A stretch of DNA of 64,000 nt from the NCBI GenBank assembly GCA_030583845.1, contig CP129478.1, forward strand, positions 715,686 through 779,685, in the 5' to 3' direction. Below are positions 1 through 9,377 of this stretch, in pieces. Both the position numbers and the translations under genes were made by a program. Positions within the stretch are counted from its first letter, which is position 1. Each line of letters opens with the position of its first letter. Under the pieces are notes generated by a model. It saw only the letters and a program-made list of their open reading frames with translations, did not search any database and was not told the DNA's origin. The stretch is from Candidatus Dojkabacteria bacterium. GTDB lineage: Bacteria; Patescibacteriota; Dojkabacteria; SC72; JAHDCA01.

Positions 1-1533
1 ATGGACAGTCTTGAATTTATACCGAAAACCAGGATCCGTTTCATAGATGAGGCGTATAGTGAAGGATTCCTTTCACAGTTCAACCATTATAAGAAACCGG
101 AAGAGAGGCAAGGGTACCTAGTAATATCAAAAGACTCAGAAGTTAGTGCAGAATACATTACAAACTTGATAGCACCTCTCCGGCGAGAGCCGATCTACTT
201 CACAGGCGGTATTAATGGCAGGTTACCTAAGTATGTTATTCGGGTAAAGAGCCTGGAAAACTTGTTGAGAGTAGTCAAAGATGTAAGAGCTGCAATATGG
301 ATTGGAGAAGATCAGGATACAGTTACTTTTGATAGGGATATTATTGCACTCTCGATGACACCGATAGTAAAAATAGGCCAAAGCGGCGATGACGCCTCGA
401 AAGCAGTCGATAGGTTGCAGACGGATGCAGGTCTTCTAAGAGATCTGCATGAGTCCAGGTATAAATGCTTCCACTCAAAAGGGGCAGTGTACAAAGGGAG
501 GCAAATTCGAGAAATAGTACTGGATAGCATCAAGCCATCTGTTGGGTTCAATATCCCAGGCAGTGTCATACGTGGTGGGGTGAATGTTGCTATGCACCAT
601 GCAAAGTTCCTCCTTGATGCTGGATTCGATGTCACGCTTATCTCAGACACGATTACAGACAATGAGCAGAATGTTCATGTTGATCACAGAGAAATACCTT
701 TGGTCGCTACAGATAAGTCTATGATTCAGTGTAGATTCGATATACTTGTTGCAACTTTATGGAATACGACTAGGTTTGTTTCTCCATACTCAAGGGCGTT
801 GAAGAAGTACTATCTAGTACAGGGCTATGAGACAGATTTCTTGCCTTATGGTGATATTTATAAAACGGAAGCTAACAAGACATATTTTGATGACAATATC
901 AATTACATCACCATCTCTAAATGGTGCCAAGATTGGTTGACCAAAGATTATGGAAGGAAAAAAGTGGGTTATGCGCCAAATGGGCTTGATATTGAATTGT
1001 TCGATGTCACCACAAGACCAGAGCTTGCCGGTCGAAAGTTGAAAATAATCATTGAAGGAAATTGTGAGGAACCATTCAGAGGGATCGATGAAGCCTTTGA
1101 GATTGTCCAGGGGCTGGATAGGAATCAGTTTGAGATTCACTATCTTTCCTATACGAAAAGCATGAAGGATTGGTATGACCCAGACTTCTCCTATTTCACA
1201 GTGCCTTATTATGAGGTCTCAAAGATATATTCTTCCTGCGATATTATGCTTAAGTGTAGTACATTGGAGAGCTTCTCATATCCACCACTGGAAATGATGG
1301 CGACAGGTGGACTATGCGTCATAGCTTCAAATGAAGGGAATAAGGTATATGCGGCACATGAGGAGAACAGCTTGGTTTATGAGTCTGGAGAGAAAGAGCT
1401 GGCAAGAGAATACATTCTCAAACTCCAAAGCGATGCAGGCTTGAGGGAAAAGCTAATCAAGGGTGGGGTGGAAACCGCTAAAAAATTCTCTTGGGAGAAT
1501 GTAAAACCACAGATTCTGGATCTATACAAATAG
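1..1533 (+). CDS. Glycosyltransferase (GT-B fold, GT4-like C-terminal domain); possibly 5'-partial because the ORF starts at window base 1
   Basis: 510-aa ORF ending TAG. The C-terminal half has a GT4-type nucleotide-sugar binding region (FSYPPLEMMATGGLCVIASNEG...). The N-terminal 250 aa look like no family I can place. Confidence 0.55.
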   Translation: MDSLEFIPKTRIRFIDEAYSEGFLSQFNHYKKPEERQGYLVISKDSEVSAEYITNLIAPLRREPIYFTGGINGRLPKYVIRVKSLENLLRVVKDVRAAIWIGEDQDTVTFDRDIIALSMTPIVKIGQSGDDASKAVDRLQTDAGLLRDLHESRYKCFHSKGAVYKGRQIREIVLDSIKPSVGFNIPGSVIRGGVNVAMHHAKFLLDAGFDVTLISDTITDNEQNVHVDHREIPLVATDKSMIQCRFDILVATLWNTTRFVSPYSRALKKYYLVQGYETDFLPYGDIYKTEANKTYFDDNINYITISKWCQDWLTKDYGRKKVGYAPNGLDIELFDVTTRPELAGRKLKIIIEGNCEEPFRGIDEAFEIVQGLDRNQFEIHYLSYTKSMKDWYDPDFSYFTVPYYEVSKIYSSCDIMLKCSTLESFSYPPLEMMATGGLCVIASNEGNKVYAAHEENSLVYESGEKELAREYILKLQSDAGLREKLIKGGVETAKKFSWENVKPQILDLYK

Positions 1534-1546
1534 TGCAAAGAAGCCT

Positions 1547-2503
1547 CTATATATCGCGGCCCATTGTGCGCATGACTTTTCTGTAGATCCTAACCAATTT
1601 GCGGGATGCAAGCTGATCTAGCTGTCGTTTAGCGCTTGTATAAAGCTCTTCAGAGTCATCACTCCGCTTCTGCAAAATCGCAATTTGCCTCTTTAGCACT
1701 GAGTTCTCTTCAGCATGATTCTTGATCTCATCTCTCAGGTGTAAGATTTCTGGAAGCCTCTTTTCAACTTCCATCATAGCTTTTTCTGTAGCATGAAGCT
1801 TTGCTTCTGAGTAATTTTGTAAGAATACCGAGTTATAGTACTCACGCACTAGGTCAGGACACTCAGTTGCAGATTTCAATATATCTGTAAATTTCTTGCC
1901 CTTGATGCCAACACCTAGTCCGTAAGAGTGCCTAAATTCAAATACGTAGTCGAAATCTTTATTAATAGCATTCCATAGCTTGTTAACTCCGAAGTCTGCG
2001 ACTCCTATGTCGTGGAATAGTACGACAGAATCTTTAGCGAGCTTTGGCGACCAAGTTTCATAATCTTCTTTCACGGCCTCGTATGTATGCAAACCGTCTA
2101 TGTGGAGCAGGTTGATGCTTCCCTTCTCGAAATCTTTCGCGGCCTCACTGAAGAACTTCCTGACTAGGTGAACATTTTGTTCTGCGTAATATTTCCGTAC
2201 CATGGAGGTTACAAACGAGTAAACCTCTTCAGGGTTATAACCGGACTCACTAGTCCCTGCATGTTCATCACCTTGCCAAGAATCCACTGCGTAGGCTGCG
2301 TTATTGGATTTAATGTCCCGAAGTGCCTCAAGCATCGAATAGAAAGAGGTTCCTTTGTGGGTACCGAGTTCGACAATAACCCCCGGGTTTAGATTTCTTA
2401 CTAGGTCGTATGCGAAGGAAGTGTGTCCAGCCCATGGAGTGTTTAGGTCATCGTACTCATCTCTGTATTTAAGTTTACTGTTGTAGAAGACCCAATTAGA
2501 CAT
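1547..2503 (-). CDS. Class I SAM-dependent sugar O-methyltransferase, TylF/MycF (Methyltransf_24) family, with C-terminal coiled-coil tail
   Basis: Motifs VIVELGTHKGTSF (SAM-binding) and LLHIDGLHTYEAV are typical of macrocin/rhamnosyl O-methyltransferases. The C-terminal 80 aa are charged and heptad-like. Confidence 0.65.
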   Translation of the reverse strand: MSNWVFYNSKLKYRDEYDDLNTPWAGHTSFAYDLVRNLNPGVIVELGTHKGTSFYSMLEALRDIKSNNAAYAVDSWQGDEHAGTSESGYNPEEVYSFVTSMVRKYYAEQNVHLVRKFFSEAAKDFEKGSINLLHIDGLHTYEAVKEDYETWSPKLAKDSVVLFHDIGVADFGVNKLWNAINKDFDYVFEFRHSYGLGVGIKGKKFTDILKSATECPDLVREYYNSVFLQNYSEAKLHATEKAMMEVEKRLPEILHLRDEIKNHAEENSVLKRQIAILQKRSDDSEELYTSAKRQLDQLASRKLVRIYRKVMRTMGRDI

Positions 2504-2595
2504 AACCAGAGGTGGTTTGCAAATTTACTTTGAAAAATATACCATACTTGCTGTGAAAGTATAGAGATTACTTAACATATTTTCAATAGAAGCAG

Positions 2596-3174
2596 GTGAG
2601 GATATACACGGCATCGTTTGGAGGATATGAAGGTGAATATAAAGGCGCAGATCTAAGATTCAGCGAAGATAACAATCCGTTCAGCGGATGCGAAGACCAT
2701 CTCTCAAATCGGATGAAGGCAAAACTTTATAAAGTATTGAACCCATATTCATATGATGTTTGGGTTGATGCCAATATGGAGATCCTAAACAGCAGTGGTT
2801 TCAAGAAATTGATGGGCGATTCTGACCTTGCCGTCTTTCGCCATCCATTTCATAAAAATGTTGGTGAAGAGATTGAGGCATGCCATGCTAAGGGATTACT
2901 AGATAATGTCTCTCGGCAAAGAGTAGAAGAGCTATATAAATCTGCTTCACTTAACATATCCAAAGTGCCTTTATATGCATGTGGTGTGCTATTTCGATCC
3001 GAAGGTTGTAGGAAGTTGAACGAGCTTTGGTGGAGTCTTATATGTCTATATGGCAGTCGTGATCAGATTACTTTCCCGTATGCATTGTCGATGTATAATT
3101 CACTTAAGGTACACATCATTGAGTATGACATTTTCGACAACCCCTATTTCCTAGTTCACCAACACAAGAAATAG
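2596..3174 (+). CDS. Hypothetical protein, DUF616/TOD1-like (putative glycosyltransferase-related)
   Basis: 192-aa ORF. The N-terminal IYTASFGGYEG resembles the YTAIFGxYD motif of DUF616 proteins. It sits inside a glycan-synthesis gene neighbourhood. Confidence 0.35.
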   Translation: MRIYTASFGGYEGEYKGADLRFSEDNNPFSGCEDHLSNRMKAKLYKVLNPYSYDVWVDANMEILNSSGFKKLMGDSDLAVFRHPFHKNVGEEIEACHAKGLLDNVSRQRVEELYKSASLNISKVPLYACGVLFRSEGCRKLNELWWSLICLYGSRDQITFPYALSMYNSLKVHIIEYDIFDNPYFLVHQHKK

Positions 3175-3180
3175 TCCTTA

Positions 3181-3800
3181 CTATTTTTGTCCGATTCCAA
3201 CGACTGATAGCCCAACCTTTCTCATCGAAAGATTGTCGATTGTTCTGAAGAGTGGGACAAGCTTATTGTATGTCCTCATCTGCCCGTTGGGAATCTGGTT
3301 ATTCTTCTGTACCTTGCCAGAAAAATACCACCCAACTGTCCCAACGGAGTAGAAGTAGAAGCTCTTGGTTACTTTAAGTCGGGACTTGTTGAGTAGCGCC
3401 CGTAAGCTTGACCTGTTATATCTGCGGAAATGCATCAGTTCACGGTCGAAACTGTTGTAAAGCCACATATATGCTGGCACCAGGATTACAACCTTTACGC
3501 CGATTGTAGCATCTTGCGCATATTCTCAACCGCTTTGCGGTCGTTCTTAATATACTCAATCACATTCAGTGCGAAGATAGTGTTAAATTTACCTCTCAGC
3601 TTTCTGTTATCTTCTGTAACGTCAAATGTCTCTCTGTCGACCACTTTAAATTTCTGAGCAAGGATGTCCCAATAGTGTGGCCTTATATCGCTCAGAGTGA
3701 TGTTATATCCATCTTTGATGAAGTGTTCAGAGAAGTTGCCAATGCCACTACCTATCTCAAGTATCTTGCCAGGACAGTGCGGCTTAATTGTCTCGTACAT
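3181..3800 (-). pseudogene. Class I SAM-dependent methyltransferase (Methyltransf_11/23-like) split by a 1-nt frameshift near 3481-3497
   Basis: ORF 3495..3800 encodes the N-terminal half with motif I LEIGSGIGNF and ends ...RKMLQSA*. ORF 3181..3480 encodes the C-terminal half (VVILVPAYMW...HFRRY) in a frame offset by one nucleotide. Together they form a normal ~200-aa methyltransferase. Confidence 0.6.
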
Positions 3801-3897
3801 TTATCGGTTAAGGTTCGGCGCCCCAGTCATGGTGTCAAGAGTCTCTAGTCCTACGTTGTCACATCTACGTAATCAAAATTCCTATGCACACAAAAAG

Positions 3898-4626
3898 TTA
3901 CCAGATATTAAATTTCACAATCTCGACTGCAGCCTTGAAGCCATCTTGAAAAGCCTTCATCTTCTTGCCCTCTTGTATCGTCCTCGCAGTGTAGCTGATA
4001 GGATAGATGCTGAATTTCAGATGCTTACCATCCTTCTTGTACCTTGCAAACCTTGCGGTAACCTCTGGCTCGAATCCAAAATTGCTCTTCGATACGATTT
4101 TCTCTGCGACTTCTCTGAATATATCGCCTTTTGCTAGCTTGTAACAAACTTCCATATCCGGGATATACACTTTAATCCTGGGGTAGGTGAAAAAGTTGGA
4201 GAATAGCGATACGAAGTGGTTGCCGATATAGTTCTGGATGTATATTACCTTGTTTTTCTTACCGAACCTGTTGCCGTAAACGACATCAAACTCATCTTCG
4301 GATATGACCTTGAACATTGCACACAGCTCTGAGACATCATATTCTAGGTCAGCGTCTTGGATTGTCACGAATTTGCCGGTTGATGCGAGAATTCCCCTCT
4401 TCACCGTTTGTGATTTCCCCATGTTCTTCTTATTTTCGAGTGTCCGAACACTTGTAGATTTCTTTGCCAGCGATTTCGCTATCTCTCTGCTTCGATCCTT
4501 AGATCCATCGTCAACAATTATTACCTCAATATTGCCCCTCCAGTCCTGCTTCAAAACAGTATTTACTACTCTCTCTAGAGTTTTTTCCTCGTTATATACC
4601 GGTATTACAATCGAAAGATCTGTCAT
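3898..4626 (-). CDS. GT2 family glycosyltransferase (DPM1/GtrB-like catalytic domain, soluble form)
   Basis: LSIVIPVYNEE...IIVDDGSKD has the GT-A DxD context. The 242-aa protein has no C-terminal transmembrane helices. Confidence 0.8.
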   Translation of the reverse strand: MTDLSIVIPVYNEEKTLERVVNTVLKQDWRGNIEVIIVDDGSKDRSREIAKSLAKKSTSVRTLENKKNMGKSQTVKRGILASTGKFVTIQDADLEYDVSELCAMFKVISEDEFDVVYGNRFGKKNKVIYIQNYIGNHFVSLFSNFFTYPRIKVYIPDMEVCYKLAKGDIFREVAEKIVSKSNFGFEPEVTARFARYKKDGKHLKFSIYPISYTARTIQEGKKMKAFQDGFKAAVEIVKFNIW

Positions 4627-5123
4627 TTAACAAGTTTACCAACTTATATCAAAATAATGATCGACCATAATATCACTTGAGTCAATCTAGTTTCAAACGA
4701 TGTATAGATTTATTTGATGTATAGGTAAACAGAGGCATCTTCATGCTGCTTCTGTCTGTAGATATCGTTCAAAGTCGTTTTCGGCTCGAGGCTAATTACA
4801 TATGCAAGCTTTTGGTCAATTATCACTTCTGACACAAAAGCTACTGAACCAACTGTTATAACCAGAATAATAAGATTGTAGTCGACATACTCTATCGCTG
4901 TTTTTATAAAGTTCTTCTTGGCTCGCTTAATCTTTCTTACATCAAGAGCGAATTACTGACAAACAGTACTGCCAGGCTTTGGAAAAACCTCTTGTAGGTA
5001 ACATCCTCAAACGAAGACAAGAAAAAGCAGATCCTCGGTACAGCAGGAATGCAATGACATTTGGCAGTCGGATAACCACCTCCAAGTCACTACCACCGCA
5101 GGCATAGCTTACTTTAATCTGCA

Positions 5124-6611
5124 TTAATACTGGCAGTTATATACAATCGTAAGGTCTCCGAGTGTATAGCCAGTCTTTATCTTTGTAATAGAGTTGAGCG
5201 AGTAGTAATCGAAGATATCACCTTCATTCACACAGAATTCTTTCTCAGCAGGGTCAAACCGCTTGTCTACAAGTCCAGCATGGTGTGCGTAGCTATTCGG
5301 TACGGTCTTATGCTCTTCGGTTTTCGTGTACTCGGAGATGTATGGAATACCTTGAACTAACTCTTTGTAGGTGAGCTGTCTTAGTTCGCCACTTCTCTTC
5401 AAGGCCATCCCCTTGCCATCCACAAACTCATTCTTAAATGTATATTTCAGGTTCGGAAAGATAACTAGCTCGTTTGAAGTAAAAAAATCGGCAGCTGGTG
5501 TCATACCCTGAGCCACAACAGCGAGTGTAATAAGTGTTAGAATACCTCCCCGGATATCCTTGTACTTCTCAAGCGATCTGATAAGGAAGTTCAAGCCATC
5601 TCCAGCCAAGATGTATATGAAAGGCAAGAGATATAGCATGAACCTTTTATCGTTCCAATCATAGATCACAACCCAGAAGATTGTTGCAACAAGCAGTCCC
5701 GATAGGATATATCGATACTGCATCAGCTGCCTGCGATAGATGTAGTAGAAGATTCCAAGCAATCCAAGCAGGAGTATTGGCAATGTGTAGATATCAACAA
5801 GGCTAACTGAGTAGTAGAAAACAGAATCTACATTTGGTTTTAATAGGTCGAACTGCCCTACAGAGGTATAGAGTGGGTTTCCAAACTTGATCGCCTTATA
5901 GATCATTACAGGCAGCAATGGGAACAGGAACATAAATGTCTTTGACAATATTTCTGTTACACCTTCTTTCGTAAATGCGGCCAATGTCCTATGCTTCTTT
6001 CTACTCAGCAGCAGATCCAGGCAACTGATTGCGATCCATGCTGGGAAAACAAAAAACGCGAAACTTTGGAAAAGTGCCGAGACTCCTAGGAATAGGAATG
6101 ACTTGTTGGGCCTAGAGGTAGATATAAAGTAGACCGATGCTGCTAGAAATAGCACGGCATATAGATCTGCCAGTATATATTTTGAAAACTCTTGGAGCTC
6201 GAAGTTCAGAAAAAGAATTATCGATAGAAAAATGGCAAGCTTATAGTTCTTGGTCCAGAAATTAACAGAACGGTTAACCGTAAAAATAAGGCCGATAAAC
6301 GTGACAGCATTGATAAACGGAAGAAGCCACAGCAGATTCAAGTCCCACAGCGGTTTGATAAGCAGTGGCAGTCCTGAGCTTCGATACGATATTTTATCGT
6401 CTCTAAATTGGTATATTCCGTTGACGATCCAGTCATAGCTGTCAGGGGTGAAGTACTTGTACCTATTTAAGAAGTCACTGCTATCGGTAATCAAGTATGT
6501 CTTATAAAGAACTAGGATGAGAAATGTAATAAATAGGCCGAGAAGCAGGGCTTTCTCTATGCGCGTATCTACAATCTTGCTGCCCATTGTGCTGGTTTTA
6601 TTGGCACCCAT
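5124..6611 (-). CDS. Polytopic membrane glycosyltransferase, GT-C fold (ArnT/PMT-like), putative
   Basis: 495 aa with about 11 predicted transmembrane helices. An acidic first-loop motif (PDSYDWIVNG) resembles the DExxY motif of GT-C enzymes. It is adjacent to GT2 and GtrA genes. Confidence 0.5.
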   Translation of the reverse strand: MGANKTSTMGSKIVDTRIEKALLLGLFITFLILVLYKTYLITDSSDFLNRYKYFTPDSYDWIVNGIYQFRDDKISYRSSGLPLLIKPLWDLNLLWLLPFINAVTFIGLIFTVNRSVNFWTKNYKLAIFLSIILFLNFELQEFSKYILADLYAVLFLAASVYFISTSRPNKSFLFLGVSALFQSFAFFVFPAWIAISCLDLLLSRKKHRTLAAFTKEGVTEILSKTFMFLFPLLPVMIYKAIKFGNPLYTSVGQFDLLKPNVDSVFYYSVSLVDIYTLPILLLGLLGIFYYIYRRQLMQYRYILSGLLVATIFWVVIYDWNDKRFMLYLLPFIYILAGDGLNFLIRSLEKYKDIRGGILTLITLAVVAQGMTPAADFFTSNELVIFPNLKYTFKNEFVDGKGMALKRSGELRQLTYKELVQGIPYISEYTKTEEHKTVPNSYAHHAGLVDKRFDPAEKEFCVNEGDIFDYYSLNSITKIKTGYTLGDLTIVYNCQY

Positions 6612-6784
6612 GTGTAAAGATGTAATTGTTACTGTTACGAATAAGATCCTCTGATATTCACTGTGCTATCGTGTAATAGAAAAGTCGGATATACCACAGA
6701 CATAATAATAGGTTTATGATTTTGTGAAAAGGGTATCTATGCTAACATCGAGTGTTTGCATAATTAGAGTGCGGGAAAGAAGAG

Positions 6785-7222
6785 ATGGAAAAAGTTTTCG
6801 CAATATACGATTCTATTAGAAGCTCAGAAAAACTGAATTACCTAGCGGTCGGTTTCACTACCTACTTAATAGATATTTTTTTCTATATCCTTCTGGTAAA
6901 TCTGGTAAATATAGACGCAGTTAATTCCTCGATTATTTCGTTCATTATATCTACGCTAATTAGCTATGTCTTGACTATCAGGTATGTTTTCACCAGCAGT
7001 GGTAGGAAGAAAAGATTTACACTGCCACTCTATATCGTTACCACAGCCCTCGGCGTGTTGATCACCAAGCTAATCCTTGAATACCTGACGGTAGGACTTG
7101 GCGTCCACTACCTAATATCGAAGAATATATCGATCGTGTTTATCGTGCTGTTCAACTATTTTGTGAGGAAATTTTTTATTTTCAGAAAGAACTCTGAGAT
7201 TCTTACAGATATGACAGAATAG
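6785..7222 (+). CDS. GtrA-family membrane protein (putative lipid-linked sugar translocase)
   Basis: 145 aa with four transmembrane helices. The KLNYLAVGFTTYLID start and the C-terminal RKFFIFRK are typical of the GtrA family (PF04138). Confidence 0.75.
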   Translation: MEKVFAIYDSIRSSEKLNYLAVGFTTYLIDIFFYILLVNLVNIDAVNSSIISFIISTLISYVLTIRYVFTSSGRKKRFTLPLYIVTTALGVLITKLILEYLTVGLGVHYLISKNISIVFIVLFNYFVRKFFIFRKNSEILTDMTE

Positions 7223-7231
7223 ATTCAATTA

Positions 7232-9310
7232 TTGAGAATGAAAAAGAGTCTGATCCATCTAAAAGGACAATTTCAGAAGCATCCAGCTGTTAGTGCCTTT
7301 CTACTGTTCATGCTAGTAATATCGGTGTTTTTTATGCAACCGATTCTCCGAGGTGAAGCAGTGAGTCCATCGGACATGATCTATATCTATGACAACTATT
7401 CATACTTGGTGGAGGATGATTATGTACCGTCTAATGAGCTACTATCTGATCAGACTCTGCAGTTCGAGCCATGGAAAATGTATGCGAGGGAACAGATACG
7501 ACAAGGCAAGCTGCCGTGGGAAAACCCATATCAGGCAGATGGTGCACCTCTGATTGGAAATGATCAGTCTGCAGTATTCTTCCCGACCAATATTATTTTC
7601 TACCTCTTAGAGGTAAATTTCGCTTCAACACTTGGAGTGCTTATCCGGCTCATCTTTGCTGCATTTGGTATGTATCTCCTGCTTACGGCTCTGAAGATCA
7701 AGAGAGAGTTTGCACTTCTTGGTGGTTTGATATTTGCGTTTGCCGGCTTTAACATTGTGTGGCTATCCCACCCGCACTCTAATGTATCTATCTTCCTCCC
7801 TTGGCTTCTTTGGGTAACTCATCAGCTGACAGAGCTAGAAATCAGTCGGAGAAATAGAATAAAGCACTCGCTGCTTCTCACGGTACTTATATTGCTGCAG
7901 TTTCTGGGTGGGCATGTAGAGACCTCGTTTAATATATGCTTTGTAACAGGCATCTATTTTATGTATAGAATCCTTGCAGCGACGAGTTTCAGGAAGATTC
8001 AGATAAAGTCTTTGGTTCGACAATCGGCGCTTTATGCCCTGCCCATATTCGCGGGCCTACTGCTGGCCTCGATACAATTGGTGCCATTCCTCTCATACCT
8101 GAAAGAGTCATATGTGCTGGAATCTCGTAGTGGAGTTGAGACCAACACATATGGTCAGCCACCTGCAGCTGCACTTACCTGGTTCGTCCCAAATATTTAT
8201 GGCAATCCGCGAGATGATATTTATACCCATGCTTTCCCCACATTATCTCTAGATAAGGGTTTCGAGCTAACTTTTGCACCACTAACGAACTATAACGAGT
8301 CTGTCCAAGGGTTTGCAGGGCTGATCTTTATCATCATTGCCCCTTTGGCGTTGCTTGCCAAGAAGTATCGGTCGCTGGTTATCCTACTCATAGCGCTTAA
8401 CATTTTTATCCTCCTTATGTCGCTAAGAATCTGGCCAATCTTCCAGCTTGTGACCGAGATCCCCCCATTTGATCTAGCGCCAAACCATCGACTGCTGCTG
8501 CTGTTTGGGATGAATAATATCATTCTTGGAGTAATTGCTTTGCAATATATTTTTCGAGGAGAAGGCGTCTTCCATCGTATTCCTTCCAACTATCGCTACG
8601 CAGGAATCGTCTTCTTTATGGGACTACTGATACTTTGTGCGTCGTTATTGGTCTATGTTACGGAGAGTCAATTGCTCTCAATAGCGCTAGTCGACCAGCT
8701 TATGATAATCGGAAGCGATCTGAGAGCAGATGCGATTGCGATGGTCAACTATTCGATGAAGCAGATACTGATATCCGCAATATTATTAATCTCTTTCCTG
8801 TTAGTTATACTCCTTTACAGTGGGGGTAAACTATCGAGGTGGCATGCCACAGCAATCATCTTCATAATATTCGCAATAGATATCGTGAGCTATGCCTACA
8901 ATTATAATCCTTCGTATGACCTTAATTCGAGGTTCCCTGTGACACCTGGAATACAGTTCTTGCAAGAAAATACTACTGAGGAACGCGTGCTGTTTATCGA
9001 TACAACATTGCCGCCAAATATAGCAACCCAATATAAAATACACGACCTCAGAAGCTACGATGCTATGGGCGAAAAGCAGTTTACGGAACGCTTTTATGAG
9101 GCATACTCACCTCAAGGCCCTTGGGAGTTAATTCAGTACTTGCCAGATATGGAAGTTGTTGCAAGTAATAATGAGAAGTACGATTTTAACGTGAAGTATA
9201 TTGCAATAGGTACAGGATCGGAGATGGCTGAGCAGTTTCAAGAAAAATACAACCATAGGATAGTTTTTAGAGGCTCAGATATGTTGGTAGCGTTGGTAGA
9301 GAATGATTAG
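7232..9310 (+). CDS. Large polytopic membrane protein, YfhO/GtrC-like putative glycosyltransferase
   Basis: 692 aa. It has more than 12 transmembrane helices followed by a soluble C-terminal domain of about 130 aa. It starts 10 nt after the GtrA stop, so the two are likely coupled. The architecture matches YfhO-type GtrC components of three-component glycosylation systems. Confidence 0.45.
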   Translation: MRMKKSLIHLKGQFQKHPAVSAFLLFMLVISVFFMQPILRGEAVSPSDMIYIYDNYSYLVEDDYVPSNELLSDQTLQFEPWKMYAREQIRQGKLPWENPYQADGAPLIGNDQSAVFFPTNIIFYLLEVNFASTLGVLIRLIFAAFGMYLLLTALKIKREFALLGGLIFAFAGFNIVWLSHPHSNVSIFLPWLLWVTHQLTELEISRRNRIKHSLLLTVLILLQFLGGHVETSFNICFVTGIYFMYRILAATSFRKIQIKSLVRQSALYALPIFAGLLLASIQLVPFLSYLKESYVLESRSGVETNTYGQPPAAALTWFVPNIYGNPRDDIYTHAFPTLSLDKGFELTFAPLTNYNESVQGFAGLIFIIIAPLALLAKKYRSLVILLIALNIFILLMSLRIWPIFQLVTEIPPFDLAPNHRLLLLFGMNNIILGVIALQYIFRGEGVFHRIPSNYRYAGIVFFMGLLILCASLLVYVTESQLLSIALVDQLMIIGSDLRADAIAMVNYSMKQILISAILLISFLLVILLYSGGKLSRWHATAIIFIIFAIDIVSYAYNYNPSYDLNSRFPVTPGIQFLQENTTEERVLFIDTTLPPNIATQYKIHDLRSYDAMGEKQFTERFYEAYSPQGPWELIQYLPDMEVVASNNEKYDFNVKYIAIGTGSEMAEQFQEKYNHRIVFRGSDMLVALVEND

Positions 9311-9377
9311 TGGTTGCTCTTAACCCAGCATCGTATATGATTGTATGCAAAATTAAAATAATTAATGGAAGGTAAAC

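Noticed and set aside
2168-2392. Small ORFs (60-120 aa) embedded antisense or out of frame within large genes (e.g. 2168..2392, 312..662, 7835..8174, 22303..23631, 39410..40680, 58578..60710)
   Set aside because: All are nested inside longer ORFs that have clear family signatures. Their compositions are typical of out-of-frame translation, so none was annotated.
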